From assembly GCA_041288045.1 (NCBI GenBank), contig JBGGMM010000222.1, forward strand, positions 1 to 38,060: a stretch of DNA of 38,060 nt, read 5' to 3'. A program made the translations under genes and the position numbers. Each line of letters begins with the position of its first letter. Position 1 is the first letter of the stretch. This DNA is from Pseudobdellovibrionaceae bacterium. GTDB taxonomy: Bacteria > Bdellovibrionota > Bdellovibrionia > Bdellovibrionales > Bdellovibrionaceae. The notes beneath the pieces were generated by a model. That model saw nothing but the letters and a program-made list of their open reading frames with translations. It did not search any database and was not told where the DNA came from. Below are positions 18,501 to 27,167 of the stretch, piece after piece.

Positions 18501-19247
18501 GTGATGTTTCAAATCCAAAGGCGTTGTTTCTACAAGAAAAGCCCAAAGATTTTTGGGCTTTTTTTATTTTCATTCCTGTTCTTGAGTTCGGCTCTCGCCG
18601 AGTCTTCTTTTTATCAACTGCACGTGAAGCCAGTGGGGGAGAGATCTTTTGACTCTCAATCTGGAAAAATTCTCCTCACAGGATTTGGCTCGACACTTCT
18701 GGCGCAAACTCAAGACCCGAGCATGCGACACCAATGGCAGAACAATCAGACGATGTCAGAAAAAACTGCCGATTATGGAGATCGCTACGGTACCTATCTG
18801 GTCGGACCCCTCATTGCAGCTGGGCAGCTCATCTGGGATCAAGATAACGGAATTTCTCACGTTCGGGCCATGGCTTACACAGGACTTGTCACGCAGGTTC
18901 TAAAAGAGGGTATCGGTCGCAGACGACCCGACGGCTCCAATCATGTGTCCATGCCCTCAGGCCACACCTCCAATGCCTTCGCAACAGCCACGGCGCTGAC
19001 TTATTCTTATGGATATAAAATGGGGATGGTGGCTTACCCCATCGCCACTTTTGTCGGCCTCTCTCGCATCAGTGATGACAAACACTGGCTGAGCGACACA
19101 GTCGCCGGCGCTTTCATCGGAATCTGGTTGGGAAGGGCAAGTTCCTATTCCACCCAAGAACTGAAATCACAGCTTGAGACTTCGTGGAATTTTGTTCCTG
19201 TGATTGAATCGGGGAGGCAAGGGTTCTTGCTTTCAGTTTGGTTTTGA
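18501..19247 (+). CDS. PAP2-family phosphatase
   Basis: KxxxxRxRP (KEGIGRRRP), PSGH, SRxxxxxHxxxD (SRISDDKHWLSD); N-terminal signal peptide. Confidence 0.88.
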   Translation: MMFQIQRRCFYKKSPKIFGLFLFSFLFLSSALAESSFYQLHVKPVGERSFDSQSGKILLTGFGSTLLAQTQDPSMRHQWQNNQTMSEKTADYGDRYGTYLVGPLIAAGQLIWDQDNGISHVRAMAYTGLVTQVLKEGIGRRRPDGSNHVSMPSGHTSNAFATATALTYSYGYKMGMVAYPIATFVGLSRISDDKHWLSDTVAGAFIGIWLGRASSYSTQELKSQLETSWNFVPVIESGRQGFLLSVWF

Positions 19248-19327
19248 TCATGGTGATCGGCAGTTCAAAAAGATTTTAAGCAATGAAAATGCCGCAGCAT
19301 TTTCTGAACATTGGGATTGTTCCCAAA

Positions 19328-19381
19328 TTCTGCACTCTGATTATCGTCTGCCCATAAGCAGACGATAATCAGAGTGCAGAA
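19328..19381. repeat. REP-like perfect hairpin, copy 1 (24-bp stem, CCATAA loop)
   Basis: TTCTGCACTCTGATTATCGTCTGC-CCATAA-GCAGACGATAATCAGAGTGCAGAA; 19332-19381 is the exact reverse complement of 24071-24120. Confidence 0.92.
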
Positions 19382-19464
19382 AGCCAGCAGCCCTCAAAAG
19401 CTTGCCATCGCTGACCTTCGGCACTGCTGTGCTCGATAGCCCCCGGAAGACAAAACCAAAGTCC

Positions 19465-19641
19465 GTATCAATATGAGACACATGTTCACCCAGTCGATTT
19501 GGGGACCTCCTATTATCAATCTCAGATTGAGATAAAAAAATTTTCTGCTTGGCCCTTCATTCTCACATTGAATCGCCGATAGGTACAAAGTGAGTCACTG
19601 AAACATGGGTGGTGAGACATCATCTGTGGCCACAGTGAGAC
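19465..19641. promoter_or_regulatory. Cluster of GTCTCA-N3-TGAGAC-like palindromic sites upstream of the Fis-type gene
   Basis: GTATCA-ATA-TGAGAC (19465), ATCTCA-GAT-TGAGAT (19519), TTCTCA-CAT-TGAATC (19560), TGGCCA-CAG-TGAGAC (19627). Confidence 0.6.
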
Positions 19642-19680
19642 GAAAATTTCGGGATGAAATTTAAATTAGAGGAGGTATCA

Positions 19681-20118
19681 ATGCCGCGTACAATGGTCTT
19701 CATCGTCTCTGACGATGCAGAAACGGCCGAAAAAGCAAAAACTGCGCTCGCTCCATATGGAGTGACCATCAACACCTACGGACCTGGTCAGTGGAAAGAA
19801 GGATTGGAAAATTCTTTCTTCCGCTCGCAATTGGCTGTCGGTCTTCCGTCACTTGTGACTGGAAACAACCCCTTGGAAAATCGCGGAAACGTTCTGCCAT
19901 TTCCAGGTGTGCCTTCAGGAAATGGTGGTGGCGTTGATTCCAAAGTCTCCACAATGAACGAACTGGAAAGCAAAGCGATTGAAAACGCGATTCTTCAGTT
20001 TCGTGGAAATCTAACAGAAGCTGCAAAAGCTCTGGGAATTGGCCGCGCGACACTTTACAGAAAAGTGAAGCAATACCAGATTGATCCCTCTGTCGCTCGT
20101 AAAAAACGGGCTGCTTAA
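19681..20118 (+). CDS. Stand-alone Fis-type helix-turn-helix protein
   Basis: MNELESKAIENAILQFRGNLTEAAKALGIGRATLYRKVKQY (HTH_8); SD GAGGAGG; no AAA+/GAFTGA domain. Confidence 0.9.
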   Translation: MPRTMVFIVSDDAETAEKAKTALAPYGVTINTYGPGQWKEGLENSFFRSQLAVGLPSLVTGNNPLENRGNVLPFPGVPSGNGGGVDSKVSTMNELESKAIENAILQFRGNLTEAAKALGIGRATLYRKVKQYQIDPSVARKKRAA

Positions 20119-20150
20119 TCTGTTTTTTGAAAAACAATTTGGACTTTTGG

Positions 20151-20180
20151 CGGGCTGGACTTTTCCAGCCCGTTTCATCT
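20151..20180 (+). terminator. Intrinsic terminator after the Fis-type gene
   Basis: CGGGCTGGA-CTTT-TCCAGCCCG followed by TTTCATCT. Confidence 0.65.
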
Positions 20181-20263
20181 TGAGACGATAAGATGAGTGG
20201 GTGTTCGCTTTCAGGCAAGTGTTCAAAGTTTCGACTTCTGAATCCAATTAATGAAGAGCTTGG

Positions 20264-20280
20264 CTGGCACCAGATTCGCA
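20264..20280 (+). promoter_or_regulatory. Putative sigma54 promoter
   Basis: CTGGCAC-cagattc-GCA, with GG-N10-GC spacing, just upstream of the ATG at 20296. Confidence 0.55.
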
Positions 20281-20295
20281 GTTCAAAGAGGTACT

Positions 20296-20973
20296 ATGAA
20301 AAACGTCGTCTCCTTTCCTGAAAAGCAAATGAAGAAAGCTCGAAAAGAGCAAAAAGCTGCGACTCAACAAGCAGTGCTTTCTCTCTCTTTGGTTTCGCTT
20401 CTTCTTGGGGCCCTTCTTCTGAATGAGACTCTTTTAAAAACCAACCGGCCTCATTATTTGATTTCAGATAACACCTCTGCCTCTGATATCCAAAATCTGA
20501 ACCGGGCCATTGCCAATGCTCAGCCTATGAACCCATTCCGCGATCTGGATTGGGAGAAAAAAATGGCGGACCGCTTGGGATCTGACAGTCTCGAAGATCG
20601 AACGCCAGCCAGTCTTGGAAAAAAGGCCTCGACCTTTGATCAGTTGCGCTTTGGTCCTTTGGCTGGAAAATACCGGCTCGTGGATACAACAGCCGCCCAG
20701 GCAGTCAAAATTCAGGAAATCAGTTATCAGGATTCAGATGAAGTCACCGATCGCCCTGTTTTTTTGGACCCTGAGCAGTTTCTCAAGACCTATGGCGACC
20801 TTTTGGCAGTTGAATTTTCGGTTTTTGATCGCTCTAACCCCAATCAAAACCAAATTCGCGAGTATCGTCTTTTGAATGACTCTAAAAAAGTCGTCGGGAC
20901 GGCTGCCTTCGTGATGGATGATGAGGGGCGTTTTCTCTCTCTGAAAGTTCGCACAGCGGCCACTCCAGAATAG
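20296..20973 (+). CDS. Hypothetical membrane-anchored protein
   Basis: SD GAGG; basic N-terminus, one TM helix, soluble C-terminal domain; contains RAIAN and RTPAS. Confidence 0.8.
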   Translation: MKNVVSFPEKQMKKARKEQKAATQQAVLSLSLVSLLLGALLLNETLLKTNRPHYLISDNTSASDIQNLNRAIANAQPMNPFRDLDWEKKMADRLGSDSLEDRTPASLGKKASTFDQLRFGPLAGKYRLVDTTAAQAVKIQEISYQDSDEVTDRPVFLDPEQFLKTYGDLLAVEFSVFDRSNPNQNQIREYRLLNDSKKVVGTAAFVMDDEGRFLSLKVRTAATPE

Positions 20974-21006
20974 GCCAGCCCGAGGGCTGGTCCCAACAGT
21001 TTTTGT

Positions 21007-21034
21007 TCAATTCTTTCCTCTGAAATTCCGATAA
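21007..21034 (+). promoter_or_regulatory. Putative sigma28 (FliA)-like promoter
   Basis: TCAATTCT-N12-TCCGATAA, compared with the consensus TAAAGTTT-N11-GCCGATAA. Confidence 0.4.
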
Positions 21035-21042
21035 ATCCATGA

Positions 21043-22926
21043 ATGGTTTATCAGGAAACAACTCCAGATCAAAAGTCAGCGAACAGCAAACTTCGCATTC
21101 CGCCCAATGCCGATCGATTTTTAGCCGTGCTCTTGGATGGTATCGTCCTGGTCCCCATTATCTGTTTCATTCTTTCCAGCCTTTTGAGAAAATTCGAGTT
21201 GGCGAAATATTCCAATCCCTCGTCCACAGAGGTTTTGGTTTTGTTCGGAGTCTGCGTTCTCTTCTTTTGTATCTTGAGTATTTTATTTGAAACTCTTTTC
21301 CTGGCGCTTTTAGGCGCCACGCCTGGAAAATATTTTTTTAAAATCCGAGTGGTCTCATTACGCGGGCGCCTGCATTTTTCTCAGGCTCTCTTGCGAACTT
21401 TTATCTGGCACATGGAGCTTTTCCTGCTTTTTCCTTACTTGGAAATTTTCAGCGATTCCATGCGACGGCCTCTGCATGATCGGGCTGCTGGAACTATGGC
21501 GATTACTTTGAAGTCCCAAGGTGATCAGGGTCCGCAAGGAATGGAAAGCCATTTTGTTCGTCAATTCCTGCTGATCACTTCCATGAGCCTGCTTGCCTGG
21601 GTGATTTTTTTTGGTGGCCAGCTTTATCATTGGGCCATTCGCGGTGAATTCAAAAAATCAGAATTGGAAACCAGCGATTTTCTTTGCGCCTCAGTCACCA
21701 GTGCAGTGAAATCAGAGGACAATCGGCTGGATAAAGCCTTAGCGCTCTTCTTGGCAGACGAGATCAGCGAAGAGTGCCTGGCTGCCGAAGCCGATTTTGT
21801 TCTTTGGGTTCCAGATGAAAGTGAAAAATCCTGGGCCTATCTGGCCAAAGGCATTGTCCACAAATTCGATTCAGATCAGTACGAAGCCTATCTGGACAAA
21901 ACCTGTCAGACAGAAGAAGAAGGAGAAGCTTGCAAAATCGCTCAGCACGAGGCGAATCCCGGAGAATTTCCTCTGCCGAAGGAAAGCTCGACCGCCTCCA
22001 TTCTGGAAGTGACCGAAACTTTTGAAAAAGGTCACTACATTGAAGCTGAAAAGCAGTTTCAAGCACTTTCAAAGCTTGAGGGATTTGAAACTTTCTCACA
22101 ATCAGGAATGGTCAAATCTCTTTGGGCACAAAATAAAATTGAAAGAGCCCGGGGTGCCTACCAAAATGTTGTGGACCATATGCCGAAATCCCAGAATCTT
22201 GAATTGTCGGCCTGGATTTGCCATGAAGAATTGGATCGCAGCTGCTCTCAAGAGGCCGTCGAAGCTTGTGAAAATCTCAAAGAAGCGATGCGAGAGAAAA
22301 AAGGCCAAATCAAAGAGTCATTCGTTGCTTTGGCTTTGATCCGTGAAAAAGAATGCCGACAAAGCAACCAATTCCGCTATTCACAGTTCACAACTTTGTT
22401 TGAAGAGAGAAAAGACCTGTGGAAATTCACTCATGCCATTGCTAAAGATACTTTGGTGGGTCAGGACGAGCGTTCTCGGATTCTGGAGGATTTGGCATTT
22501 CGCAAGGAATCTGTCAGGCCCGCATTTATCCGTCGCATGGCTCTTCAGCAGTGGGTTGAAAAGTTCATGAAATCAGAGACAGATTTTTTGAAAATCGCTC
22601 AATTTCTCAAAGAGAAAAAAGTCAAAGATCTCAGTTGGGTGAAGGTCTACTCAAAAGCCCTTCAGACATTTGTCAAATCCCGCTCGCAAAAAGCAATTAA
22701 AGAAATCATCGATTTGCCAACTGGTGAAATGATTGCGAGCTTCTATTTGCATGTTCCGCAACTGCAGGCCCATTACCTTTTGCAAAACTATGACCGTGCC
22801 CAAGTTCTGTTGCAAAGTCTGCAAGCCCCTGGCTCGCGAACTCCGGCTTCACTGGTTGGGGCTGAGGATCTCAGTGTTGAACGCATTCGCCAAGAGCTTG
22901 AGAAAAGCCGACGGAGTGCCCAATGA
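21043..22926 (+). CDS. RDD-family membrane protein with a large Cys-containing helical C-terminal domain
   Basis: RFLAVLLD, GATPGKYFFKIRVV, RRPLHDRAAGT (RDD motifs). Confidence 0.85.
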   Translation: MVYQETTPDQKSANSKLRIPPNADRFLAVLLDGIVLVPIICFILSSLLRKFELAKYSNPSSTEVLVLFGVCVLFFCILSILFETLFLALLGATPGKYFFKIRVVSLRGRLHFSQALLRTFIWHMELFLLFPYLEIFSDSMRRPLHDRAAGTMAITLKSQGDQGPQGMESHFVRQFLLITSMSLLAWVIFFGGQLYHWAIRGEFKKSELETSDFLCASVTSAVKSEDNRLDKALALFLADEISEECLAAEADFVLWVPDESEKSWAYLAKGIVHKFDSDQYEAYLDKTCQTEEEGEACKIAQHEANPGEFPLPKESSTASILEVTETFEKGHYIEAEKQFQALSKLEGFETFSQSGMVKSLWAQNKIERARGAYQNVVDHMPKSQNLELSAWICHEELDRSCSQEAVEACENLKEAMREKKGQIKESFVALALIREKECRQSNQFRYSQFTTLFEERKDLWKFTHAIAKDTLVGQDERSRILEDLAFRKESVRPAFIRRMALQQWVEKFMKSETDFLKIAQFLKEKKVKDLSWVKVYSKALQTFVKSRSQKAIKEIIDLPTGEMIASFYLHVPQLQAHYLLQNYDRAQVLLQSLQAPGSRTPASLVGAEDLSVERIRQELEKSRRSAQ

Positions 22927-23930
22927 TCGTTCCATGGCTCAAAGGGATGATCCATTGGACTCGAGCACCGGTGACCTGGACTTTGCTGGTTCTCAATCTC
23001 TTGATTTTTCTTCAAACTCAGGAAGTCAATCGAGCCAGCGTCACTTCTTCTTTTTCCAATGTTGAAACGATGGTTTTCACTGGAAAGCTTTATTTTCAGT
23101 TTCAAAATCCAGAGACCAAATCCCTTCCATTGAATAATCAGAACCAGTGGATCATTCTCGGCGGTCAGGCCTTACGCGATCCCCAATTCATTGAAAGAGT
23201 TCCGCAATTTCATTTTTTTGGAGACGAAATCGCCATCGATAAATGGAAAAAAGAAATCGTCACTTACCAAAATCAAATGCAAGAAAGAAACATCCATCTG
23301 TTTGGCTTGAACAGCCAAAATGCTTCACCACTGTCATGGGTGACTTATCAATTCATGCATGCCAGCTGGATGCATCTCTTTAGCAACATGGTGATGCTGT
23401 TGATTTTTGCAGCTGCGCTTGAGCTGAGTGTCGGCAGTTTGAATGTCATCATCCTTTACCTCCTGAGTGGATTTGCCGGTGCCTGGGCTTTTTTGATTCT
23501 CAGTCAGGGGTCACTGGCGCCGATGATTGGTGCCAGCGGTTCGCTCAGTGGTCTCATGGCTTTTTACGCTGCTTTCGAAAAAAAGAAGCGAGTCTCTTTT
23601 TTCTATTTCGGATTGCCGCTCGCACTGCTATTGGCAAGCCCCCAATTTTTACCTCTTTTTCTCATATTGACCCTGTTGCTAACAGCGCTGTTTTTCACTG
23701 GAAGAATTCCACAATCCGCTCTGTTTGGCTGGATCTATCTGCCAACTTTTCTCATCCTGCCACTGAGCTTCCTCCCAGATCTCGTCGGCTACCTCTCAAC
23801 TCCAAAAGAAATCGGAGCCGGAGTCGCCTACGCCGCCCATATCGGCGGAGCGATCTTCGGGATCACCCTCGGATATGGCTTCCGATATTTCCGCAAGCAC
23901 CTCTGGTTCCGCTGGCTCACACATCATTGA
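22923..23930 (+). CDS. Rhomboid-family intramembrane serine protease
   Basis: FMHASWMHLFSNM, IGASGS (catalytic Ser), AHIGG (catalytic His); ATGA overlap with the RDD gene. Confidence 0.92.
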   Translation: MIVPWLKGMIHWTRAPVTWTLLVLNLLIFLQTQEVNRASVTSSFSNVETMVFTGKLYFQFQNPETKSLPLNNQNQWIILGGQALRDPQFIERVPQFHFFGDEIAIDKWKKEIVTYQNQMQERNIHLFGLNSQNASPLSWVTYQFMHASWMHLFSNMVMLLIFAAALELSVGSLNVIILYLLSGFAGAWAFLILSQGSLAPMIGASGSLSGLMAFYAAFEKKKRVSFFYFGLPLALLLASPQFLPLFLILTLLLTALFFTGRIPQSALFGWIYLPTFLILPLSFLPDLVGYLSTPKEIGAGVAYAAHIGGAIFGITLGYGFRYFRKHLWFRWLTHH

Positions 23931-24000
23931 TTTGCAAACATTCTCTCCAGCACAGCGGTGCCGAGGGTAAACCTGAGTGTGTCCGTCCGTGCGAAGGCTT

Positions 24001-24025
24001 CCAGACGACCATCGTGGTCGTCTGG
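24001..24025. terminator. Hairpin between the convergent rhomboid and putA genes
   Basis: CCAGACGACCA-TCG-TGGTCGTCTGG, an 11-bp perfect stem. Confidence 0.5.
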
Positions 24026-24070
24026 CAAGTTTAAGAAAAAAACAGTTGAATTTATTTTTTTGGTTCTTGG

Positions 24071-24120
24071 TTCTGCACTCTGATTATCGTCTGCTTATGG
24101 GCAGACGATAATCAGAGTGC
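24071..24120. repeat. REP-like hairpin, copy 2 (inverted relative to copy 1)
   Basis: TTCTGCACTCTGATTATCGTCTGC-TTATGG-GCAGACGATAATCAGAGTGC, 10 nt downstream of the putA stop. Confidence 0.92.
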
Positions 24121-24130
24121 TCTTACGAAA

Positions 24131-27088
24131 TCACTCGCCTTCGAGTTCAGCGGGGGCAAAGCCGCGGCGGAGGGTGTTTTCGGTGACGCATCTGGGTTCC
24201 ATGAATTGCTTGAGGTAATCGGGTCCACCGGTTTTTGAGCCGACGCCGGACATTTTGAATCCGCCGAAGGGATGGCGATCGACCATGGCACCTGTGATGC
24301 CGCGATTGATGTAGAGATTGCCGACTTCAAATTCAGCTTTCACTTTGGCGATGTTGGCCGGGCTTCTTGAGAAAAGGCCACCGGTCAGTGCGTATTCAGT
24401 GCTGTTGGCGATCTCGAGTGCTTGATCTAAATCTTTGGCTTTGATCACTGCCAACACAGGTCCGAAAATTTCATTTTGTGCTAGTGAGGATTTTGGATCG
24501 ACCTGAGTGAAAATTGTCGGAGGAATAAAAAATCCGCCGCGAGGGGCTTCACCCTGATAAAGAAGGCGATTGGTCTTTTTTGCTTCTTCGATGGTTTTTA
24601 AAATGCGTTGGTAAGCTTCTTCATCCACCACAGGTCCCAAGTAAGCAGACGGATTTTCAGCAGTGGTTTGACAAATGCTTTTTGTCGCTTCCAAAAGACG
24701 AGCTTCGAATTTATCAAAAACGTCTTCGAGCACAATCACTCGCGAACAGGCCGAGCATTTCTGTCCTGAAAAACCAAAAGCCGAGTAGACAATTCCGTCC
24801 ACGGCTTCATCTAAGTCTGCATCGTTATCAATGATGACGGCATTTTTTCCACCCATTTCAATAATGCACCTTTTGACATGCACTTGGCCTGGTTTGTGAG
24901 TGGCTGCAGCTTGCAAAATATGCAAGCCCACGGCTTTAGAGCCAGTGAAGGCAATCGTCGTGACGTGCGGATGCTGAACCAAGTATTCGCCCACTTCTTC
25001 ACCGTAACCGGGAAGGAAATTGACAACTCCGGCAGGAAAACCAGCTTCTTGAACTAAATCCATCAAGCCAGCGGCCACAATCGATGATTGCTCAGCGGGT
25101 TTCATGATCACAGTGTTGCCGGTGACGGCAGCTGCCATGGCCTGGCCAGTGAGAATTGCCAGCGGAAAGTTCCAAGGAGCAATGGCCAGCGCCACGCCTC
25201 GAGACTGGTATTCGTAAAGCGACAATTCGCCGGGAGCCCGACCGACCTTGAGCGGTTTTGAAAGCTCTCGCATATGTTTGGCGTAGTATCTGCAAAAATC
25301 AATGGCTTCGGCCACATCGGCATCGGCTTCGGCCCAAGGCTTTCCCACTTCGAGCACTTGCGTGGCAGTCAGTTGAAAGCGATCTCGAACCATCAGATCA
25401 GCGACACGGTCCACAAGTTTCGCTCTCTCTTCAGAAGACGTTTTTTTCCATGTCTTGTAAGCTTGTGAAGCTGCTTGAAAGGCCGACTCAGCTTCTGCTT
25501 GTCCCGCCATGCAGACCTGGCCGATCACTTGATCGGTTTGAGAGGGATTGTTGCGGGCCAAAGTTCGCGACGTGGTCACAGACTTGCCGTTGATTACCAG
25601 TGGATAAGTCTTGCCGAGGCTTCGCTTGGCTTCATCCAAAGCCGCTTTCATCGCATTTCGATTCTCTTCAAAAGCAAAATCTTTGTAAGCTTCATTGTAA
25701 AAAACTTCCGGCTTGGTTTTTAGCTCAGGGCTTGTCATCTGAAGATTTTGCTTGGGATCTTTCAAAAGCACTTCTGAAGTCTGGCCCTCTGCGAATTTTC
25801 CGCGCAGCCAAGATTCATTGGAAGTGTTCTCGAGCAAGCGTCGAACCAAATAGGCCATTCCCGGAATCAGGTCGCCCACGGGAGCGTATTCGCGCACTCG
25901 GTAACCCATTTCAACCAAAGATTTTTTGATCGGATCGGCCATTCCGTAAAGCATTTGAATTTCAAATCCGTTTTTAGGAACTGCGTATTTTTCGGCAGCA
26001 ACAAGGGCCGCCGATATCGAGCGCACATTGTGAGAACCAAAAGCAGCCCGGATGAATTTGAAATTCTGCAAAAGATAATCAGCACAATTTTCGTAATTGG
26101 CGTCGGATTCCTGTTTGTTGGTGTAAACCGGAATCGGCCATCTTCTCTGCTCGGCTTCGATGGTCTCATAATCCCAATAAGCGCCTTTGACCAAGCGAAT
26201 GGTGAGGGGAGTTCCCCTTTCCTGGGCGAACTTCACTATGTCTTTGATGTCCGCCAGAGAATCACGAAGATAAGCTTGAATCACGCAGCCAAAGTGTTTG
26301 TAAGAGCGAAATTCCGGCTCCAAAAGAAGTTCTTTGAAAACTTCCAAGGTCAGATGCTTCACTGAATATTGTTCCATATCCAGATTGATAAAAATATTTT
26401 TATCTTTCCCAGCTTTTAAAACCGGGCGCAAACGCTCTTTGAGTTTGTTTTTGGTTTCATCCCAAGCTTTGTCATTGATCTGCGAATAAAGGGCCGTGAG
26501 TTTGACGCTGACATTGACCTTTGGGATTGCACCTTCATGATCCTGATCGATCTGCGGGACTTCTTCCCATTTCTGGCTGTCTTTGGCGAGCCAGTCAATC
26601 AGCTCTAAATACTTGGACTGGTATTCGAGAGCTTCTTTTTCCGACAAAGTCGCTTCGCCCAAAATATCAACAGTGAAGCAAATCTTATTTTTTCGCGCTT
26701 TTTTCAAAACGGGCAGAGATTCTTCGGGATTCTCGCCAGTAATAAACATTTTCGCCATTTGCGTGACGTTTTTTCGAATCGCTCCAGCCATCAAGGAGGG
26801 AGCCAAAGACCCCAAACCCAACCCAACGTTGAAAACAGAGGGGAGGTCTTCGCCGCTTTCCGAGAAATACTCTTTCAAATGTCGAGCGACTTCGTTGCCA
26901 GAATTCAAAGCGGGCAGGACGTCGACAAAGCGAAACATTTGAGTTTTAAAATGCTCATTTTTCATCGACCAATCCATGATCGATCCGTACCAAAAGTCTT
27001 TGCTGAACAAAGAGACCTTGGAGGCATTTTCCATTCGACGAAAAATTTCCTCACCCTTGACCTTGATTTGGGCCTGCACATCACTCAT
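24131..27088 (-). CDS. putA: Bifunctional proline dehydrogenase / P5C dehydrogenase
   Basis: FRFVDVLP, RLVKGAYWDYE, YLVRRLLENTSN, PWNFPLAI, EMGGKN, GQKCSACS; no N-terminal RHH domain. Confidence 0.97.
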   Translation of the reverse strand: MSDVQAQIKVKGEEIFRRMENASKVSLFSKDFWYGSIMDWSMKNEHFKTQMFRFVDVLPALNSGNEVARHLKEYFSESGEDLPSVFNVGLGLGSLAPSLMAGAIRKNVTQMAKMFITGENPEESLPVLKKARKNKICFTVDILGEATLSEKEALEYQSKYLELIDWLAKDSQKWEEVPQIDQDHEGAIPKVNVSVKLTALYSQINDKAWDETKNKLKERLRPVLKAGKDKNIFINLDMEQYSVKHLTLEVFKELLLEPEFRSYKHFGCVIQAYLRDSLADIKDIVKFAQERGTPLTIRLVKGAYWDYETIEAEQRRWPIPVYTNKQESDANYENCADYLLQNFKFIRAAFGSHNVRSISAALVAAEKYAVPKNGFEIQMLYGMADPIKKSLVEMGYRVREYAPVGDLIPGMAYLVRRLLENTSNESWLRGKFAEGQTSEVLLKDPKQNLQMTSPELKTKPEVFYNEAYKDFAFEENRNAMKAALDEAKRSLGKTYPLVINGKSVTTSRTLARNNPSQTDQVIGQVCMAGQAEAESAFQAASQAYKTWKKTSSEERAKLVDRVADLMVRDRFQLTATQVLEVGKPWAEADADVAEAIDFCRYYAKHMRELSKPLKVGRAPGELSLYEYQSRGVALAIAPWNFPLAILTGQAMAAAVTGNTVIMKPAEQSSIVAAGLMDLVQEAGFPAGVVNFLPGYGEEVGEYLVQHPHVTTIAFTGSKAVGLHILQAAATHKPGQVHVKRCIIEMGGKNAVIIDNDADLDEAVDGIVYSAFGFSGQKCSACSRVIVLEDVFDKFEARLLEATKSICQTTAENPSAYLGPVVDEEAYQRILKTIEEAKKTNRLLYQGEAPRGGFFIPPTIFTQVDPKSSLAQNEIFGPVLAVIKAKDLDQALEIANSTEYALTGGLFSRSPANIAKVKAEFEVGNLYINRGITGAMVDRHPFGGFKMSGVGSKTGGPDYLKQFMEPRCVTENTLRRGFAPAELEGE

Positions 27089-27167
27089 TGGAATTTCTCC
27101 TTACACTCGGGAAACCGAAGTTTTCGCTCTAGTTGCCGGGAAATTCAAGCGAAGAATCGGGCCTGTG

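Noticed and set aside
19328..24120. Palindromic repeats read as a CRISPR array
   Set aside because: Only two copies, inverted and 4.7 kb apart, with no spacers and no cas genes.
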